A stretch of 13,605 bases of DNA from a virus. The notes below the pieces were generated by a model. That model was given only the letters and a program-made list of their open reading frames with translations, made no database searches and was not told the origin of the DNA. Below are positions 1-7,384 of the stretch, one piece after another. Both the position numbers and the translations under genes were made by a program. The stretch is taken from the UHGV virus genome UHGV-0206243; one strand, given 5' to 3'. Positions within the stretch are counted from its first letter, which is position 1, and the number at the start of each line of letters is the position of its first letter.

Positions 1-63
1 AATCGGTGGAGCTGCATGACAAAGTCATCGGGCATTATCTGAACATAAAACACTATCAATAAG

Positions 64-1449
64 TTGGAGTCATTACCTGATACTCTGAGAAGAGAAACTT
101 TAGAATCATTTGCTATGATTATGCGATTCACTATACAGACAGTAAAAAATAATGATGAGTTGGTCGCGAAGGCCAATAATTTGATAAATGAATCTTTGAA
201 TGCTATTGTTAATTTTGATGAGTTTGAGGAGGCTAAATTAAATATTATTGCTGATAAATTGTGCCAGTTGATTATGCTTTTTAGAGATGCTGGCAATAAT
301 ATTATGTTTAGCCGGGCGACCTCAGAAAACTTACGCAGATTTATATATGAATGCCCATTGAAGAGAATCAAAGATTGCCTAACTAAAGTTGTTTCTATTT
401 CAGGAAATAAATTGTCTGCATCTAAAATAAGTTATGACTTCAGATATGATAAAAATAAAGGTGTGGTAAAGGTTTCGAGATTTGTTCTTCTAAATAAGAA
501 TGATGAAAGAATAGTTGAGCTGTTACCCAAAAAGAATAATGTCGTTGTATTGTCGGATGTTATCCCTCAAGAAGTATTTAGAGGATGTAAGTCTGATATC
601 TTAGAAATCATGAATCCTTATTCTTTGGGGCTATTCCCTGTCAATGAAGGACGTGGTTTTTATGTTTTTTTTGGAAATTCCTACAACCCTGTTGTTAACT
701 TTTTGTCACATGTTGTTTCTCTGGGAGTATTAATGCTTTCAAAAATGTTTGATGGCGAAAATGTTAATCATGTCAGCCCGTTGAGGGCATTTCCTCAGCG
801 TTATTATTTATTAGATAAAACAGTCAATCATGCTCAGTTAAATTCTGCTGATGGCTCTGAGTTGGCGGAGATTCTGAAGAAAAATACAAAAATAACAGAA
901 AACATAAACCTTCTTCTCGCTGAATTTAACTTAGCGGTTGATATAGTTAGAGTTAATGACATAATTCATAAGATAGTTATAAACCAAGATGCTGTTAATT
1001 TAGAATTGACAGATGTAGGGTTTGGAATATCACAAGTGTTGCCTGTCTTGGTTCAAGCTTATTTGTCACCAAAGGGCTCGATTACAATAATAGAACAACC
1101 AGAAATACATTTGCATCCTAAAATGCAGGCATGGTTAACTGACGCATTAATTAAAATATCTATGCAAGAAAAGAAAATTTTTATTATTGAAACACATAGT
1201 GATGCATTAGTTAGACGGATTAGATTAAGAATTGTTGATGAATCAAGCGAACTTACTGAGGACCATGTGGCAATCTATCATCTTGAGCGAGATGAAGAGG
1301 GAACATCAACCTTACTAAATAGAGTGGCTGTGAATTCTGATGGAGATATCACATGGCCAAATGAGTTTATGGATGTTGAGATTCAGGATACAATTAGAAT
1401 ACAGGAATTAAAAATACAAAAAATAATGAACTCAAAGGGAGTTCATTGA
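64..1449 (+). CDS. Hypothetical ABC/SMC-type ATPase C-terminal-module protein (signature-like, Walker-B-like and H-loop motifs; no Walker A); candidate defence component
   Basis: 461-codon ORF in about one-third-GC DNA. C-terminus reads GFGISQVLPVL...ITIIEQPEIHLHP...IFIIETHSDAL, resembling the signature/Walker B/H-loop end of AAA_21/DUF3696-type ATPases. No GxxxxGK[ST] anywhere. Start is uncertain: TTG at 64 follows an in-frame stop at 46-48, first ATG is at 112, and no clear Shine-Dalgarno precedes either. Confidence 0.6.
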   Translation: MESLPDTLRRETLESFAMIMRFTIQTVKNNDELVAKANNLINESLNAIVNFDEFEEAKLNIIADKLCQLIMLFRDAGNNIMFSRATSENLRRFIYECPLKRIKDCLTKVVSISGNKLSASKISYDFRYDKNKGVVKVSRFVLLNKNDERIVELLPKKNNVVVLSDVIPQEVFRGCKSDILEIMNPYSLGLFPVNEGRGFYVFFGNSYNPVVNFLSHVVSLGVLMLSKMFDGENVNHVSPLRAFPQRYYLLDKTVNHAQLNSADGSELAEILKKNTKITENINLLLAEFNLAVDIVRVNDIIHKIVINQDAVNLELTDVGFGISQVLPVLVQAYLSPKGSITIIEQPEIHLHPKMQAWLTDALIKISMQEKKIFIIETHSDALVRRIRLRIVDESSELTEDHVAIYHLERDEEGTSTLLNRVAVNSDGDITWPNEFMDVEIQDTIRIQELKIQKIMNSKGVH

Positions 1450-1450
1450 T

Positions 1451-2452
1451 ATGCTTTGTGCTGTTTGTTTGTGTCCTGAATTTGTTGCTGCTAATATTTC
1501 TGATGTTAAAGTTTTTAGCGGTTTTTTTATTGAAACCATTGTTAATGGTGAAAATGAGTTGATTCTTGATGCTGATGGAAAAATTCGCTTAGGTTATTTA
1601 AAGTCTTGCGGAAACAACAAGGATTCTTTTTTGTTTTTTAAGAAGTGGGAGTCTGAGTTATCTAAAGCTCCTTCAGGCAAGATATTGCGTACACCAGTGC
1701 CGAATAGTTCTGAGGATATTAAGGATATAGTTGTTTGTGCAGTTGCTAATGCAGCCACTACTTTTGATAAGCATATCGTAGTGTTAGATAATAATAGTTA
1801 CTCTGGATATATTGATGAATTAATCAGGCAAAGGATTAATTTGTTAAATCTTAATAGTATAAGCTTAATATCAAAGGATGGTCGAGTGCAGCGTCCTTTG
1901 AATTTTATAAAGTTTGATAGTGATTTATCTTGGGTGCTTCAAAGATTGGGGCGTCGCTCTGCTAAAGGATATGGTGAAGATGATTTTAATGATTTTATAC
2001 GGGATATGTTATTAGCTAAGAATTATGAGGTAAAAGATCAAACTAGAGAGGGAGAGTCTCAATCTGGTAAAAGTGCGGGTGAATTAGATCTTGTTATTGA
2101 AGATAAAGGAAATCTATTTGCTATAATAGAAGCATTGATTTTAAAATCTCTAGATCAAGCTAACATATTAAAGCATTATTCAAAGCTAATTGGTAACTAT
2201 AATCCTATTAATGTTAAACGCTTGTTTTTAATTGCTTATTATACTGGTGCAAAATTTGATGCTTGGTGTGAGAGATACATTGATTATCTAAAAGAGATTA
2301 CTCCGGTAGATATTGGTGTAGAATCTCATGAGATAGTTGGGATTAAAGAAGTGGAGACTCCATATATAGGTTTGAGAAAAATTGAACATCATTTTAGATA
2401 TGCGGGAGAACATTATTTTTGTGTTCATTATGCAGTCAAGATGGCTCGGTGA
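1451..2452 (+). CDS. Hypothetical protein, putative effector partner (possible PD-(D/E)xK-like nuclease core)
   Basis: 333-codon ORF. Shine-Dalgarno AAAGGGAG sits about 10 nt upstream, inside the 3' end of the preceding gene, and the ATG is 2 nt after that gene's TGA. Segment GELDLVIEDKGNLFAIIEALILK resembles the beta-strand core of PD-(D/E)xK nucleases but is not canonical. AT-rich like its neighbour. Confidence 0.6.
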   Translation: MLCAVCLCPEFVAANISDVKVFSGFFIETIVNGENELILDADGKIRLGYLKSCGNNKDSFLFFKKWESELSKAPSGKILRTPVPNSSEDIKDIVVCAVANAATTFDKHIVVLDNNSYSGYIDELIRQRINLLNLNSISLISKDGRVQRPLNFIKFDSDLSWVLQRLGRRSAKGYGEDDFNDFIRDMLLAKNYEVKDQTREGESQSGKSAGELDLVIEDKGNLFAIIEALILKSLDQANILKHYSKLIGNYNPINVKRLFLIAYYTGAKFDAWCERYIDYLKEITPVDIGVESHEIVGIKEVETPYIGLRKIEHHFRYAGEHYFCVHYAVKMAR

Positions 2453-2464
2453 TGTTTAATATGA

Positions 2465-2490
2465 ATGCACCTATAGGGTGCATCATTTTG
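2465..2490 (+). terminator. Candidate intrinsic terminator after the cargo operon
   Basis: Inverted repeat ATGCACC / GGTGCAT around a 5-nt loop, followed by CATTTTG, starting 12 nt after the stop at 2450-2452. The T-run is short, so this is weak. Confidence 0.35.
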
Positions 2491-2589
2491 CATGTTTAAA
2501 TACGTTCTCTATGTATGTGCGCTAGGCTTGACTGGCGCGCTTGTACTATGTTTATGCAACTGCATTAAAACCGACCCATGAAGCGGGCG

Positions 2590-2608
2590 GGCGAGGCGGG
2601 GAAAGCAC
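2590..2608. other. cos: P2-type cos cohesive-end sequence
   Basis: GGCGAGGCGGGGAAAGCAC matches the 19-nt P2 cohesive end as I recall it, and it lies just beyond the 3' end of Q as in P2. Confidence 0.8.
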
Positions 2609-2750
2609 TGCGCGCTGGCGGTGGTGCTGATTTTATTTTTTCAGCGTCTGAGCGCGTCGTGATGGCGTTTGGATTGTTCGCCGGGGCGTTGGTGTGTATG
2701 CGGGCTGTTTTGTGCGGTGGTGAGCGTGTGAGGGCGTGATGACGGGGTGT

Positions 2751-2773
2751 AAAAAAGCCGCCCGCAGGCGGCG
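2751..2773 (-). terminator. Intrinsic terminator downstream of portal gene Q
   Basis: On the minus strand: GCCGCC-TGCG-GGCGGC hairpin followed by TTTTTT, a few nt after the Q stop at 2778-2780. Confidence 0.7.
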
Positions 2774-2777
2774 ATGT

Positions 2778-3812
2778 TCAGCCGTTGTCAGTGTCCAGTG
2801 AGTAGTTTTTAAAGCGGATGACCTCCTGACCGAGCCAGCCGTTTATCTCGCGGATCCTGTCCTGTAACGGGATAAGCTCATTGCGGACAAAGACCTTTGC
2901 CACTTTCTCAATATCACCCAGCGACCCGACGTTCTCCGGCTTGCCGCCCATCAACTGAAAAGGGATGCGGTGCGCGTCCAGCAGGTCTGCGGCGCTGGCT
3001 TTTTTGATATTAAAAAAATCGTCCTTCGTTGCCACTTCACTGAGCGGGATAATTTTAATACCGTCGGCTTTTCCCTGTGGGGCGTAGAGAAACAGGTTTT
3101 TAAAGTTGTTGCGGCCTTTCGACTTCACCATGTTTTCGCGAAGCATTTCGATATCGTTGCGATCCTGCACGGCATCGGTGACGTACATGATATATCCGGC
3201 ATGAGCGCCGTTTTCGTAATACTTGCGGCGGAACAGCGTGGCCGACTCATTCAGCCAGGCAGAGTTAAGGGCGCTGAGATATTCCGGCAGGCCGTACAGC
3301 TCCTGATTGATATCCGGCTCCAGCAGGTGAAACACGGAGCCGGGCGCGAAAGGTGTCGGCTCGTTGAAGGATGGCACCCACCAGTAAACATCCTCCTCCA
3401 CGCCACGGCGGGTATATTTTGCCGGTGAGGTTTCCAGTCTGATGACCTTACCGGTAGTGCTGTAGCGCTTTTCCAGAAACGCATTACCGAACACCAGAAA
3501 ATCCAGCACAAAGCGGCTGAAATCCTGCTGGGAAAGCCACGGATGCGGGATAAATGTCGAGGCCAGAATATTACGTTTGACGTAAATCGGTGAGCTGTGA
3601 TGCACGGCAGCACGCAGGCTTTTTGCCAGACCGGTAAAGCTGACCGGTGGCTCATACCATCTGCCGTTACTGATGCATTCGACGTAATCCAGAATGTCAC
3701 GGCGGTCGAGTACCGGCACCGGCTCACCAAAGGTGAATGCCTCCATTTTCGGGGCGCTGGTGGTCATTGTTTTTGCCGCAGGTTGCGGTGTTTTCCCTTT
3801 TTTCTTGCTCAT
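2778..3812 (-). CDS. Q: Capsid portal protein
   Basis: 344 aa, the length I recall for P2 gpQ. Sequence matches recalled P2 portal; its ATG overlaps the stop of the upstream terminase remnant. Confidence 0.92.
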   Translation of the reverse strand: MSKKKGKTPQPAAKTMTTSAPKMEAFTFGEPVPVLDRRDILDYVECISNGRWYEPPVSFTGLAKSLRAAVHHSSPIYVKRNILASTFIPHPWLSQQDFSRFVLDFLVFGNAFLEKRYSTTGKVIRLETSPAKYTRRGVEEDVYWWVPSFNEPTPFAPGSVFHLLEPDINQELYGLPEYLSALNSAWLNESATLFRRKYYENGAHAGYIMYVTDAVQDRNDIEMLRENMVKSKGRNNFKNLFLYAPQGKADGIKIIPLSEVATKDDFFNIKKASAADLLDAHRIPFQLMGGKPENVGSLGDIEKVAKVFVRNELIPLQDRIREINGWLGQEVIRFKNYSLDTDNG

Positions 3813-4774
3813 CAGTAAAACTCCAGAATGGTGGATGTCAGCGGGGTGCTGATACCGGCGGTGAGTGGCTCATTTAACAGGGCGTGCATGGTCGCCCAGG
3901 CGAGGTCGGCGTGGCTGGCTTCCTCGCTGCGGCTGGCCTCATAGGTGGCGCTGCGTCCGCTGCTGGTCATGGTCTTGCGGATAGCCATAAACGAGCTGGT
4001 GATGTCGGTGGCGCTGACGTCATATTCCAGACAGCCACGGCGGATAACGTCTTTTGCCTTGAGCACCATTGCGGTTTTCATTTCCGGCGTGTAGCGGATA
4101 TCGCGCGCGGCGGGATAGAACGAGCGCACGAGCTGGAACACGCCGACACCGAGGCCGGTGGCATCAATACCGATGTATTCGACGTTGTATTTTTCAGTGA
4201 GTTTGCGGATGGATTCCGCCTGGGTGGCAAAGTCCATGCCTTTCCACTGATGGCGCTCAAGTATTCTGAATTTGCCACCGGCCACCACCGGCGGTGCCAG
4301 CACCACGCATCCGGCGCTGTCGCCACGGTGTGACGGGTCGTAACCAATCCATACCGGGCGGGAGCCGAACGGATTGGTGGCAAACGGCGCGTAGTCTTCC
4401 CATTCTTCCAGCGTGTCGACCATGCAGCGTTGCAGCTCCTCGAACGGGAACACTGACGCCTTGTCGTCAACAAATTCACACATGAACAGGTTTTTAAAAT
4501 CGTCGGCGCTGTTTTCGCGTTTGAGCTGCTCAATGTCGAACAGCGTGCAGCCGCCTTTCAGCGCGTCCTCAATGGTGACAATCTGCCGCCACTGACCGTC
4601 CGCACAGAGAAGCCCACCGGCAAGAGCGTTATGACTGACGTCGATTTCCACGCGTTCGGCGGCGCTGGCGCGTCCCCGGTTGAACAGTTCACCCGACCAG
4701 AACGGGTAGGCGTCGTGCGCCAGCGTGGACGGGGTGGAGAAATAGGTCGAGCGCAGGTGACTCTGTGAGGCCAT
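3812..4774 (-). pseudogene. P: Terminase large subunit, C-terminal (nuclease-domain) remnant; N-terminal ATPase region deleted
   Basis: 320-codon ORF ending directly at the Q start, as in the P2 P-Q operon. Contains nuclease-domain-like segments (IGIDATGLGVGV, DPSHRGDSAGCVV) but no Walker A. Recalled P2 gpP is about 590 aa. The frame is closed by a stop at 4787-4789, right beside the lysB start. Confidence 0.8.
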
Positions 4775-4783
4775 ACCTGAACC

Positions 4784-5209
4784 ATGTCAAAGCTGATGAT
4801 TGTGCTGGTTGTGTTGTTATCACTGGCGGTGGCCGGTCTGTTTCTGGCGAAGCATGAAAACGCCAGCCTGCGCGCCTTGCTGGACAGGGCGAACAACGTC
4901 GCCAGTGAACAGCAGACGACCATCACCATGCTGAAAAATCAGCTTCATGTTGCCATCACCAGGGCAGACAAAAACGAGCTGGCGCAGGTGGCTCTGCGTC
5001 AGGAACTGGAGAACGCCGCGAAGCGTGAAGCACAGCGCGAGAAAACCATCACGAGATTACTCAATGAAAACGAAGATTTTCGCCGCTGGTACGGTGCTGA
5101 CCTGCCTGATGCTGTGCGCCGGTTGCACCAGCGCCCCGCCTGCACTGACGCCAGTGATTGTCGCCAACGCCTGCCCGAAAGTGAGTCTTTGCCCGATGCC
5201 GGGCAGTGA
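4784..5209 (+). CDS. lysB: Rz-like i-spanin LysB
   Basis: 141 aa with an N-terminal hydrophobic segment (MSKLMIVLVVLLSLAVAGLFL), matching recalled P2 LysB. Confidence 0.9.
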   Translation: MSKLMIVLVVLLSLAVAGLFLAKHENASLRALLDRANNVASEQQTTITMLKNQLHVAITRADKNELAQVALRQELENAAKREAQREKTITRLLNENEDFRRWYGADLPDAVRRLHQRPACTDASDCRQRLPESESLPDAGQ

Positions 5210-5354
5210 CCCGGAGACGAACGGCGATTTAAGTGCCGATATCCGGCAGCTTGAGAACGCGCTGGCACGCTGTGCCAGCCAGGTAAAAATGATTAAACAC
5301 TGTCAGGACGAAAACGATGCTCAAACCCGACAGCCTGCGCAGGGCGCTGACTGA
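5064..5354 (+). CDS. lysC: Rz1-like o-spanin lipoprotein LysC
   Basis: 96 codons in the +1 frame, starting inside lysB and running into R. Lipoprotein signal MKTKIFAAGTVLTCLMLCAGC. The track ORF starts upstream at 4947; the start at 5064 is chosen from the signal peptide. Confidence 0.8.
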   Translation: MKTKIFAAGTVLTCLMLCAGCTSAPPALTPVIVANACPKVSLCPMPGSDPETNGDLSADIRQLENALARCASQVKMIKHCQDENDAQTRQPAQGAD

Positions 5355-5784
5355 TGCCGTCACGGTGCTGAAAACCAGTCCAGAGATGCTGCGGATATTC
5401 GTGGATAACGGGAGTATTGCCTCCACACTGGCGACGTCGCTGTCATTCGAAAAGCGTTACACGCTCAATGTGATTGTGACCGACTTTACCGGTGATTTTG
5501 ACCTGCTCATCGTGCCGGTGCTGGCGTGGCTGCGGGAAAATCAGCCCGACATCATGACCACCGACGAAGGCCAGAAAAAGGGCTTCACGTTTTATGCGGA
5601 CATCAACAATGACAGCAGCTTTGATATCAGCATCAGCCTGATGCTGACCGAGCGCACGCTGGTCAGTGAGGTTGACGGCGCGCTGCATGTGAAGAATATC
5701 CCGGAACCACCGCCGCCGGAGCCGGTCACCCGCCCGATGGAGCTTTATATCAATGGTGAACTGGTGAGTAAGTGGGATGAATGA
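5317..5784 (+). CDS. R: Tail completion protein R
   Basis: 155 aa; matches recalled P2 gpR in length and sequence. Confidence 0.9.
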   Translation: MLKPDSLRRALTDAVTVLKTSPEMLRIFVDNGSIASTLATSLSFEKRYTLNVIVTDFTGDFDLLIVPVLAWLRENQPDIMTTDEGQKKGFTFYADINNDSSFDISISLMLTERTLVSEVDGALHVKNIPEPPPPEPVTRPMELYINGELVSKWDE

Positions 5785-6229
5785 GTTTAAGCGTTTTGAA
5801 GACCGGCTGACCGGACTGATTGAGTCGCTGTCACCATCAGGGCGTCGGCGACTGAGTGCCGAACTGGCGAAACGTCTGCGGCAGAGTCAGCAGCATCGTG
5901 TGATGGCACAGAAAGCCCCGGACGGCACCCCCTACGCGCCACGCCAGCAGCAGAGCGCCAGAAAAAAGACCGGTCGCGTTAAGCGAAAAATGTTTGCGAA
6001 ACTTATCACCAGTCGTTTTTTGCATATCCGCGCCAGCCCTGAACAGGCATCAATGGAGTTTTACGGCGGGAAGTCACCGAAAATCGCCAGTGTGCATCAG
6101 TTCGGTCTGTCGGAAGAAACCCGGAAAGACGGTAAGAAAATTGATTATCCGGCGCGTCCTCTGCTCGGCTTTACCGGTGAGGATGTGCAGATGATTGAAG
6201 AGATTATCCTGGCTCACCTCGACCGTTAG
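5777..6229 (+). CDS. S: Tail completion protein S
   Basis: 150 aa; matches recalled P2 gpS; overlaps the R stop. Confidence 0.9.
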   Translation: MNEFKRFEDRLTGLIESLSPSGRRRLSAELAKRLRQSQQHRVMAQKAPDGTPYAPRQQQSARKKTGRVKRKMFAKLITSRFLHIRASPEQASMEFYGGKSPKIASVHQFGLSEETRKDGKKIDYPARPLLGFTGEDVQMIEEIILAHLDR

Positions 6230-6230
6230 T

Positions 6231-6248
6231 TGTGCCATTCCCGACACA
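6231..6248 (+). promoter_or_regulatory. Candidate Ogr-dependent late promoter activator site (TGT-N12-ACA) upstream of V
   Basis: TGTGCCATTCCCGACACA is an exact TGT-N12-ACA dyad in the S-V intergenic gap, the form described for P2 late promoters. Its spacing to the V ATG at 6296 is tighter than I would expect. Confidence 0.45.
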
Positions 6249-6295
6249 TCATCGTTACATTGCCGCCGGTATGACCCGGAGGCATCCTTCCCGTT

Positions 6296-6931
6296 ATGAA
6301 CACTCTCGCAAATATCCAGGAACTCGCGCGCGCACTGCGCAACATGATTCGTACCGGCCTTGTCGTCGAAACCAACCTTAAAGCCGGTCGCTGCCGTGTG
6401 CAGACCGGCGGCATGTGCACCGACTGGCTTCAGTGGCTGACCCATCGCGCCGGACGTTCGCGCACATGGTGGGCACCTTCCGTGGGGGAACAGGTGCTGA
6501 TTCTGGCCGTGGGCGGTGAACTCGACACGGCGTTCGTTCTGCCGGGGATTTATTCCGGCGATAACCCCGCGCCGTCTGCGTCGGCGGATGCCCTGCATAT
6601 CCGTTTCCCTGACGGGGCGGTGATTGAGTATGAACCTGAAACCAGTGCACTGACGGTAAGCGGAATTAAAACGGCCAGCGTGACGGCTTCTGATTCTGTT
6701 ACTGCCACGGTGCCGGTGGTCATGGTGAAAGCGTCAACCCGCGTCACCCTGGACACACCGGAGGTGGTCTGCACCAACAGGCTGATTACCGGCACGCTGG
6801 AAGTACAGAAGGGTGGGACGATGCGCGGCAACATTGAACACACCGGCGGTGAACTCTCATCAAACGGTAAGGTACTGCATACCCATAAACACCCCGGCGA
6901 CAGCGGCGGCACAACCGGGAGTCCTCTATGA
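6296..6931 (+). CDS. V: Baseplate spike/assembly protein V
   Basis: 211 aa; matches recalled P2 gpV. Confidence 0.92.
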   Translation: MNTLANIQELARALRNMIRTGLVVETNLKAGRCRVQTGGMCTDWLQWLTHRAGRSRTWWAPSVGEQVLILAVGGELDTAFVLPGIYSGDNPAPSASADALHIRFPDGAVIEYEPETSALTVSGIKTASVTASDSVTATVPVVMVKASTRVTLDTPEVVCTNRLITGTLEVQKGGTMRGNIEHTGGELSSNGKVLHTHKHPGDSGGTTGSPL

Positions 6932-7275
6932 CAGCGCGTTATCTCGGAATGAATCGCAGTGATGGCCTGACTGTCACTGACCTTGAGCATATCAGCCAGA
7001 GTATCGGCGATATCCTGCGCACACCGGTCGGCTCACGGGTGATGCGTCGTGATTACGGCTCGTTGCTGGCGTCAATGATTGACCAGCCGCAGACTCCGGC
7101 GCTTGAGTTGCAGATTAAGGTCGCCTGTTACATGGCAGTGCTGAAATGGGAACCCCGCGTCACCCTGTCATCCGTCACCACTGAGCGCAGTTTTGACGGG
7201 CGAATGACGGTCACGTTAACCGGCCAGCACAACGACACCGGCCAGCCACTTTCGTTAACCATCCCTGTGAGTTGA
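6928..7275 (+). CDS. W: Baseplate protein W (gp25-like)
   Basis: 115 aa; matches recalled P2 gpW; GGGAG Shine-Dalgarno upstream; ATG overlaps the V stop. Confidence 0.92.
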   Translation: MTARYLGMNRSDGLTVTDLEHISQSIGDILRTPVGSRVMRRDYGSLLASMIDQPQTPALELQIKVACYMAVLKWEPRVTLSSVTTERSFDGRMTVTLTGQHNDTGQPLSLTIPVS

Positions 7276-7279
7276 AACC

Positions 7280-7384
7280 ATGCCGATTATCGACCTGAAC
7301 CAGCTACCCGCACCGGATGTGGTCGAGGAGCTGGACTTTGAAACCATTCTCGCCGAACGCAAGGCGACACTGATTTCCCTTTAA
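7280..7384 (+). pseudogene. J: Baseplate protein J, N-terminal 34-codon stub
   Basis: [34 protein letters not shown] matches the recalled P2 gpJ N-terminus, then hits TAA at 7382-7384 where sheath-gene sequence begins out of frame. Confidence 0.85.

Noticed and set aside
2528-2565. Possible sigma70 promoter (TTGACT ... TACTAT/TTTATG) between the cargo operon and cos
   Set aside because: The spacer is about 10 nt for the better -10 and the 17-nt alternative has a poor -10. It would fire into cos and antisense to Q with no downstream gene.
2970-4595. Several track ORFs overlapping or antisense to Q and P' (2970..3428 +, 3251..3730 -, 3597..3818 +, 3884..4333 +, 4078..4533 -, 4294..4485 +, 4413..4595 +)
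   Set aside because: They lie inside well-supported GC-rich phage genes and are most likely shadow ORFs from codon bias; they show no recognisable motifs or ribosome-binding sites.
4766-4790. IS element or transposon at the deletion junctions
   Set aside because: No transposase ORF, terminal inverted repeats or extra DNA at either junction; both look like simple deletions.
4947-5063. Upstream part of the track ORF containing LysC
   Set aside because: The lipoprotein signal begins at Met 5064; the upstream portion is just open frame within lysB.
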